DNA of 64,000 nt from Opitutales bacterium (GTDB lineage: Bacteria > Verrucomicrobiota > Verrucomicrobiia > Opitutales > PNEW01): contig CBDANS010000007.1 of the NCBI GenBank assembly GCA_965197745.1, forward strand, positions 1,568,001-1,632,000, given 5' to 3'. The first letter of the stretch is position 1, and each line of letters begins with the position of its first letter. The translations under genes and the position numbers were made by a program. A model generated the notes under the pieces. The model was not told the DNA's origin, did no database searches, and worked only from the letters and a program-made list of their open reading frames with translations. This document shows positions 58,604 through 64,000 of this stretch, in pieces.

Positions 58604-59752
58604 ATGACGTCAGACACTCCATATGTAAAATCCAAATCCATGGAGTGGGCTGATCCCGGGTTTTTTACCCATCAGTCCCGCACGCGCAATTTTTTTCGCA
58701 TCTTAAAACAACTCGTATCTCCACCGGATGGACATAAAACAATTCCCACACCGGTCGGGGTGGTCCTCATTGCATTGTCTCTCGGTATTGGATCGGCTGC
58801 TTACAATACCTCGAGTAACATTCTCTTTATGACCTTATCACTGCTCTTGAGCAGCCTGTTATTAAGCGGTATTCTGGCCTGGCTTAATTTTAAAGGGACG
58901 CGGTGGCGGCTTGTCCTCGAACCCCATTTCAGGGTGGGTGAAGTGACACCCATTCGCATCGAGTTATCAAATAATAAAAAGCTGCTTCCGACCTATAGCC
59001 TGTGGTTCAGGGTAAAAGCGAAAATCTCACAATCGTCCAAACGGATGTATCTCGAGGAACGCCTCGATGCCGGAGCCTCTCGTGAACTTAATTGGATTCT
59101 CGAGTTAAAAAAACGCGGGACTGAGATAATTGAGGTCGCGGGACTGGAAACTCAATTTCCATTCGGGTTTTTGCGCAAGATCATCGGGGGTGGAATTTCA
59201 CGTGAGGTAATCGTGTGGCCACGAAGGATTGAATATTATTTTTCACCTAAATTAGGAAAACGGGGACATCAGCAGGGAAACACGCTTCTCAAACCGGGCA
59301 GCGGCACCGAACTTATCAATCTGCGTGACTATAAAGCGGGTGATCCACAACGCCTGGTTCACTGGAAAGCCAGTGCCAGACAACAGCGAATTATGGTTCG
59401 CCAGATGAGTGAAGAAAACCAGGATGCTTATTTAATATTTTTAGAAACTTCCCGCGCTGTCTGGAAGGATGATGAACAATTTGAAAAACTATGTGCATTT
59501 GCCGGCTCCCTGGCCGAAGATTTGTATATGCAGAATAGGCTGTGGGGCACGGCGATCAATGATGAAGCAGTCCTCTCGATAAAACGGTTGAGTGATTTGC
59601 ATTTCTACCTCGAAAATCTTTCAAAACTTACCCCCCTGGATCATTATACACCCGTAAATGAAAGTATGGGGGCAACGGTAATAACTTTCCTTCCCGGAAT
59701 CAATAACCGGGTAGAAGCCTATGTCGGCGGTAACAAAGCAGGGTCGGCTTAG
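58604..59752 (+). CDS. DUF58 domain protein
   Basis: FPFG, LRDY..GD....VHWKASAR; follows MoxR. Confidence 0.9.
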   Translation: MTSDTPYVKSKSMEWADPGFFTHQSRTRNFFRILKQLVSPPDGHKTIPTPVGVVLIALSLGIGSAAYNTSSNILFMTLSLLLSSLLLSGILAWLNFKGTRWRLVLEPHFRVGEVTPIRIELSNNKKLLPTYSLWFRVKAKISQSSKRMYLEERLDAGASRELNWILELKKRGTEIIEVAGLETQFPFGFLRKIIGGGISREVIVWPRRIEYYFSPKLGKRGHQQGNTLLKPGSGTELINLRDYKAGDPQRLVHWKASARQQRIMVRQMSEENQDAYLIFLETSRAVWKDDEQFEKLCAFAGSLAEDLYMQNRLWGTAINDEAVLSIKRLSDLHFYLENLSKLTPLDHYTPVNESMGATVITFLPGINNRVEAYVGGNKAGSA

Positions 59753-61991
59753 TTACGCGGAGCTTTTACAGCTCAAGTGGCTGCTCGGGGGGAGTTTGTC
59801 CTTAATCTCCTTATGGACACTGCTCTATTTAGAAGTTCGCAGTGTTCCCCTCCTGCTTACGACAGCCGGCGTGATAGCGGGAGGTTTCCTCTGGCCTCCA
59901 TTGCCCGGGAAGATACCTCCGGTCGTGATGAAAGCGGTCACTCCAGCACTCATCCTGGTCATTGTGGGAGACTTTGTAATTTCCAGTCCCGATATTATAC
60001 CGCCGCTCATACGAATGGTGGTCCTGCTCGTGCTCGTCCGTTCGCTGAGCTACCGCAATCGACGGGAAGACCTGCAGCTCATACTCCTATGCCTGTTTAT
60101 TGTTGTCATCTCAGGTGTTCTCACCCTTTCCCTTACCTTTGCTTTTCAGATAATAATTTTTACTCCCTGCGCGATGGCACTGCTCTTTGTGATCAACCTG
60201 GTGGAATGTCACGACCGGGAACATGAGATACCCGATGAGGGTTGGGCAGATTTTAATCTCTTTCATTTTCTCTTCCGCATAATGAAAGCGGTGGACATGC
60301 GGATAGTAGCATTTGCCACGATTTTATTCGTGGGAGTAGTTTTAGTTTCAACATTAATATTTATTGTCATCCCGCGATTTCGGCTTGATCAGGCCATTCC
60401 TTTTTTGAATCTAAAGAGCCAGAAGAGCCGATCAGGATTCAGTGATACTATTCATTTCGGAGAGGTCGTAGAAATAATTGAAGATAATAGCGTGGCTCTT
60501 CGTGTTGATTTGCCGGAGGGCACAAAAATCCCCCAAACTCCCTATTGGCGAATGGTAGTGCTCGATGAATATTTAAATGAGACATTTCGCATGTCCTCAT
60601 CCGCTCGGTTGAAGAACATTTACGATATTAATAATGTCATAAAATTAAAAAAAGATTACCTTGAGTCTCAGGGTTCGAGAGATGCGTCGAAATGGACCTT
60701 TTATTTAGAAGGGGGAATCAGCAGATATTTACCTTCACTCGGGTTTTATGACATCTTGCGTTTTCAGACGCGTCAAAATGTTGAAATAAATCGGCATCTA
60801 CGTATCAACAGCACCAAAGATATCAGCAGCAGTGTTCTATTTTACCAGGTGGAGAACATGCAACCGACGAATATATATCCGAGGACATGGTATGAGCGGA
60901 AATTAGCTGACTTAAAACCACTGATCATAGAACCTTTCAGTCCCCAGTCGAAGCGCGCTATTTTGTACCCGCAGACGACTTTAGTATTACCTGGCGGTAA
61001 TGATAATATTGAAATCCTGGAGAAGATCGTCGGCGAAATTACGGGAGGAGAAATGCTTTCGGCTCGCGATTTTACAAAACGCGCGCTCGATTATTTAAAT
61101 CGAAAGCATAGCTATGACCTGGGTTACGATCTATCTGAGAACCGTGACAAAGGCGATGTTATGGTTCGATGGCTTAAAACTGATGCGCCCGGGCACTGTG
61201 AACTTTTTGCAGGGGCCTTTACTTTGCTCGCGCGCACGGCAGGTCATCCTACCCGAATTGTTACGGGGTTTAAAGGGGGCGCGTGGAACGGCTATGAAAA
61301 CTATTACATGGTCCGCAACAGTAACGCCCACGCCTGGTGTGAAATTTATGATGGAAAAGATTCCTGGTTACTCGTTGATCCTACACCTGGGGCTCAAGGT
61401 ATTGATGTATCCGGTGATCTGCTTGCCGCCAGCACCTTCTATATAGATGATACCTGGCGGGCTTATCTCGATAGCTTGCGCATTCTCTGGTATCGACGGA
61501 TCGTTAATTTTGATAAAGCGACGCAGGAAGAATTAACAAACCAGATAAGACTGGTGGGTTCAGAATTTCTCAACTTCCTAAAGGATGAGATTAAACAATG
61601 GTTTAAGGAAATGGCAACCTGGTTCAATTTGCCATTAAACAGTGCGAAATTTCTGCGCCTCACAATGTTAATTGCTATTTTCATATCGGTATTGATCATT
61701 TTTCACTATCGAGCCTATTTAATTTTCCGTCTCGGTGAAGAAGCGAGGTTTCTTGGGTTTGATTTCAAAAGTGATCCGGTGCGCAAGAAAGCGGGCAAAT
61801 ATGTTGTTAAATTCCGCGATAAACAGAGCGAGATTGCGTATGCTTATGGCAGCACGACTAAAGAATGGCAAAATGTATATCGCGACCTGCTCAATCTTCG
61901 ATTCAGTGACGGTTACAATCGGCCGATTCCAAGGATCGTATTTCGCAATGCCCGCCGCCTGATTAAACAAAAACAGAAGGAATTAACTTAG
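59721..61991 (+). CDS. Membrane transglutaminase-like protein (TgpA/DUF3488 type)
   Basis: N-terminal TM helices, PYWR..VLD.Y, GHCELFA, AHAWCE, VDPT catalytic triad. Confidence 0.92.
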   Translation: MSAVTKQGRLSYAELLQLKWLLGGSLSLISLWTLLYLEVRSVPLLLTTAGVIAGGFLWPPLPGKIPPVVMKAVTPALILVIVGDFVISSPDIIPPLIRMVVLLVLVRSLSYRNRREDLQLILLCLFIVVISGVLTLSLTFAFQIIIFTPCAMALLFVINLVECHDREHEIPDEGWADFNLFHFLFRIMKAVDMRIVAFATILFVGVVLVSTLIFIVIPRFRLDQAIPFLNLKSQKSRSGFSDTIHFGEVVEIIEDNSVALRVDLPEGTKIPQTPYWRMVVLDEYLNETFRMSSSARLKNIYDINNVIKLKKDYLESQGSRDASKWTFYLEGGISRYLPSLGFYDILRFQTRQNVEINRHLRINSTKDISSSVLFYQVENMQPTNIYPRTWYERKLADLKPLIIEPFSPQSKRAILYPQTTLVLPGGNDNIEILEKIVGEITGGEMLSARDFTKRALDYLNRKHSYDLGYDLSENRDKGDVMVRWLKTDAPGHCELFAGAFTLLARTAGHPTRIVTGFKGGAWNGYENYYMVRNSNAHAWCEIYDGKDSWLLVDPTPGAQGIDVSGDLLAASTFYIDDTWRAYLDSLRILWYRRIVNFDKATQEELTNQIRLVGSEFLNFLKDEIKQWFKEMATWFNLPLNSAKFLRLTMLIAIFISVLIIFHYRAYLIFRLGEEARFLGFDFKSDPVRKKAGKYVVKFRDKQSEIAYAYGSTTKEWQNVYRDLLNLRFSDGYNRPIPRIVFRNARRLIKQKQKELT

Positions 61992-62037
61992 AGCGTATGG
62001 CGAAAATGACTGACCGTCATTTTCACTCTCAACCTCC

Positions 62038-63123
62038 TTACCTCGGGCGCCTGAAATCGGGATTAGGAAATGGCGGAAATGTTTTATGAGGTTCCTGCTG
62101 ATACCAATAAGCAACTGAGGCAATATCGTCGGCAAGGGGCTGAAATTGACGGTTAGGCCACCAACCGAGGGCTTGAATAGTAACGCGTAAGTCTTTTTCG
62201 AAGCAGATAGGATCCATGATATGCCATCGGTAGAGGCTCCACTTCGGAGGACCATTTTCACCGGCATGTTTCAGGGTATTGCCAACATAAGCGGTATTGT
62301 AAAGCTCGGGAAATCCATAGCTGGCGCAAAAATAATCTTCAGTCCCAGTGCCGCAAATGGTCGGAAACTCACTATCCCCATCCATGAAAAATTTAATTTC
62401 ACCTTCTCCGAACCAACCATCCGACAATTGAGTCCAGGCGAGAAAGGTGCCGACATAGCGCCCCCGGCCTTCAACCTCATCAAGGATCAGGTAATCGGGA
62501 TTCGTTCGATCCGTAACGGCGCGCCGCCATTGAGCATGTAAATAACCTGCGTCATCGGGAATAGCGGATTCAGCATAGGTAATCTGATAGGCGAGAAGCT
62601 CCATATCGTTATCTGATTCATTTGAAAATGTGACTCTCGCATGTTTACGAAATGGCATGGGCCAATAACAATTGAGAGCAGATGTGGGATTGACAATGAC
62701 GGCTAAAGAATTCACCGGGGCGATCAAATCGTGACCGACAGAGAAGAAATCCGCGAGCGGAACTTCAATCGACGGCGTTTCTTCATGATCCCAGTAAAAT
62801 CGCAAGACACAGGCTCTGCCTTGCCCTTTCCATTTTCTATCAGAGACAATCCAGATATGCTGAATAACACCGGGCCCATCTACATCCATGAGGGTTACCG
62901 TCTCATGGGCTTTGGGATTTAAGAATGGTCTGACTTTCCAACCCTGCCCCAGATCGAGAGCATGGCTCGAGTGTGGGAGATCAGGATCGTTTGGATCGGG
63001 AATCGCCATCCCTCCGCTACTTTTAGCTCCCGTGGGGTTTTCAGCGGAGATAGACCGCGTCCTCATATCCGACAAAAGTGGCAATGCCCCCAAACCTGGT
63101 ATTAAACCCGAATAGTTATCCAT
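62038..63123 (-). CDS. Glycoside hydrolase family 172 (DUF2961) protein
   Basis: RSISAENPTG, GPGVIQHIW, NCYWPMPF, WFGEGE, GTGTEDYF. Confidence 0.9.
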   Translation of the reverse strand: MDNYSGLIPGLGALPLLSDMRTRSISAENPTGAKSSGGMAIPDPNDPDLPHSSHALDLGQGWKVRPFLNPKAHETVTLMDVDGPGVIQHIWIVSDRKWKGQGRACVLRFYWDHEETPSIEVPLADFFSVGHDLIAPVNSLAVIVNPTSALNCYWPMPFRKHARVTFSNESDNDMELLAYQITYAESAIPDDAGYLHAQWRRAVTDRTNPDYLILDEVEGRGRYVGTFLAWTQLSDGWFGEGEIKFFMDGDSEFPTICGTGTEDYFCASYGFPELYNTAYVGNTLKHAGENGPPKWSLYRWHIMDPICFEKDLRVTIQALGWWPNRQFQPLADDIASVAYWYQQEPHKTFPPFPNPDFRRPR

Positions 63124-63164
63124 ATTTAAATGTAGTTAAAGCTGCATGAGGAGGGTCGAGACTT

Positions 63165-64000
63165 TTAATTTTCGACGGCAGTCAACGCATAATTACGGAT
63201 CATCTTTCTTTTTTGAAAAAAAGATTGCAAGATGCTTTTAGCCAGAGGTCCCGCTGTTTTTCCCCCGGTATAATTATCGTCGGTTTCGGAACCCTGGACG
63301 CAGACGGCAACAGCGATTTGGGGATCGTCAACAGGGGCGAACCCGATAAACCAGGCAACCGAGAGGTTTCTGTTGTCAGCACGAAATTGCGCGGTTCCTG
63401 TTTTGCCCGCAATACGCATTCCGGGAATTCTCACTGATTTTGCTGTTCCTTTTTCTACCGCCAGTTCCATGCCATTAATTATCTTTTGGTATTGGTTATC
63501 ATCGATGACTATTGGCTGACCCGCATGACTGATATCATGACGTGAGCGGCTGGTTTGAAAGAGAAGGGTGGGGCGCGTGCGCGTTTCTTTTCGAGCGAAC
63601 GATGCGGTAAATGCGGCCATCTGTAAAGGGGTGACGCGCAAGTAACCATGGCCGATGGCGACATTAGCGGTTTCACCCGCGGACCAACGACCCAATAGCC
63701 GGTTCTTTTTCCATGCGGGGTCGGGGACAATCATATGTTTTGTCTCGGTATTCAGCTCAATACCCGTAGAGACATCAAAACCAAAATTTTTAGCTTCTTT
63801 ACTGAGGATGTCGATTCCCGCCAATAGACCGACTTTGTAAAAATAAACATTACAACTATATTGAATGGCCGACTCGAGGTTGACTTTGCCATGGCCGTTA
63901 AGTTTGTGACAATGGAATCTTCTATCACCGACAAGGAGTGATCCCGGGCAGATAAAAACCGTGTCAGTATTTATTTTTCCCGTTTTCAGTACAGCGAGAG
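63165..64000 (-). CDS. mrdA: Penicillin-binding protein 2, C-terminal transpeptidase part (5' end outside window)
   Basis: SCNVYFY upstream of the listed ORF, AIGHG...VTPLQMA, AGKTGTAQ, AWFIGFAP. Confidence 0.85.
   Translation of the reverse strand, partial: LAVLKTGKINTDTVFICPGSLLVGDRRFHCHKLNGHGKVNLESAIQYSCNVYFYKVGLLAGIDILSKEAKNFGFDVSTGIELNTETKHMIVPDPAWKKNRLLGRWSAGETANVAIGHGYLRVTPLQMAAFTASFARKETRTRPTLLFQTSRSRHDISHAGQPIVIDDNQYQKIINGMELAVEKGTAKSVRIPGMRIAGKTGTAQFRADNRNLSVAWFIGFAPVDDPQIAVAVCVQGSETDDNYTGGKTAGPLAKSILQSFFQKRKMIRNYALTAVEN

Overview
Bacterial window, probably Verrucomicrobiota/Opitutales (inferred from gene style and order, not searched), with two distinct parts. (1) 1-46100 is a mosaic accessory region ending at the 3' end of a tRNA-Leu(CAA). 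It holds 16 PhyH-family Fe(II)/2-oxoglutarate dioxygenase genes (4 frameshifted), 4 Gfo/Idh/MocA oxidoreductases, 3 SDRs, 2 kelch-SSS fusion transporters, 2 tandem SSS transporters, a non-canonical GH32, a GalB-like PIG-L protein, 2 GNATs, 2 VOC proteins, an IS4-family element and several gene remnants. The genes are separated by nested, modular inverted repeats. The most striking signal is four ungapped 73-bp repeats that all stop at a GTT, like integron attI sites. Two are followed by recognisable integron cassettes and two by non-cassette operons, and no integrase is in the window. (2) 46250-64000 is intact core genome: rplM-rpsI-argC-argJ-argB-argD-argF-argG, a TorF-like porin with a sigma-54 promoter, transaldolase, a sterol desaturase-family gene, MoxR-DUF58-transglutaminase, GH172 and a partial PBP2. 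All calls come from motif recognition by eye; no database search was run.
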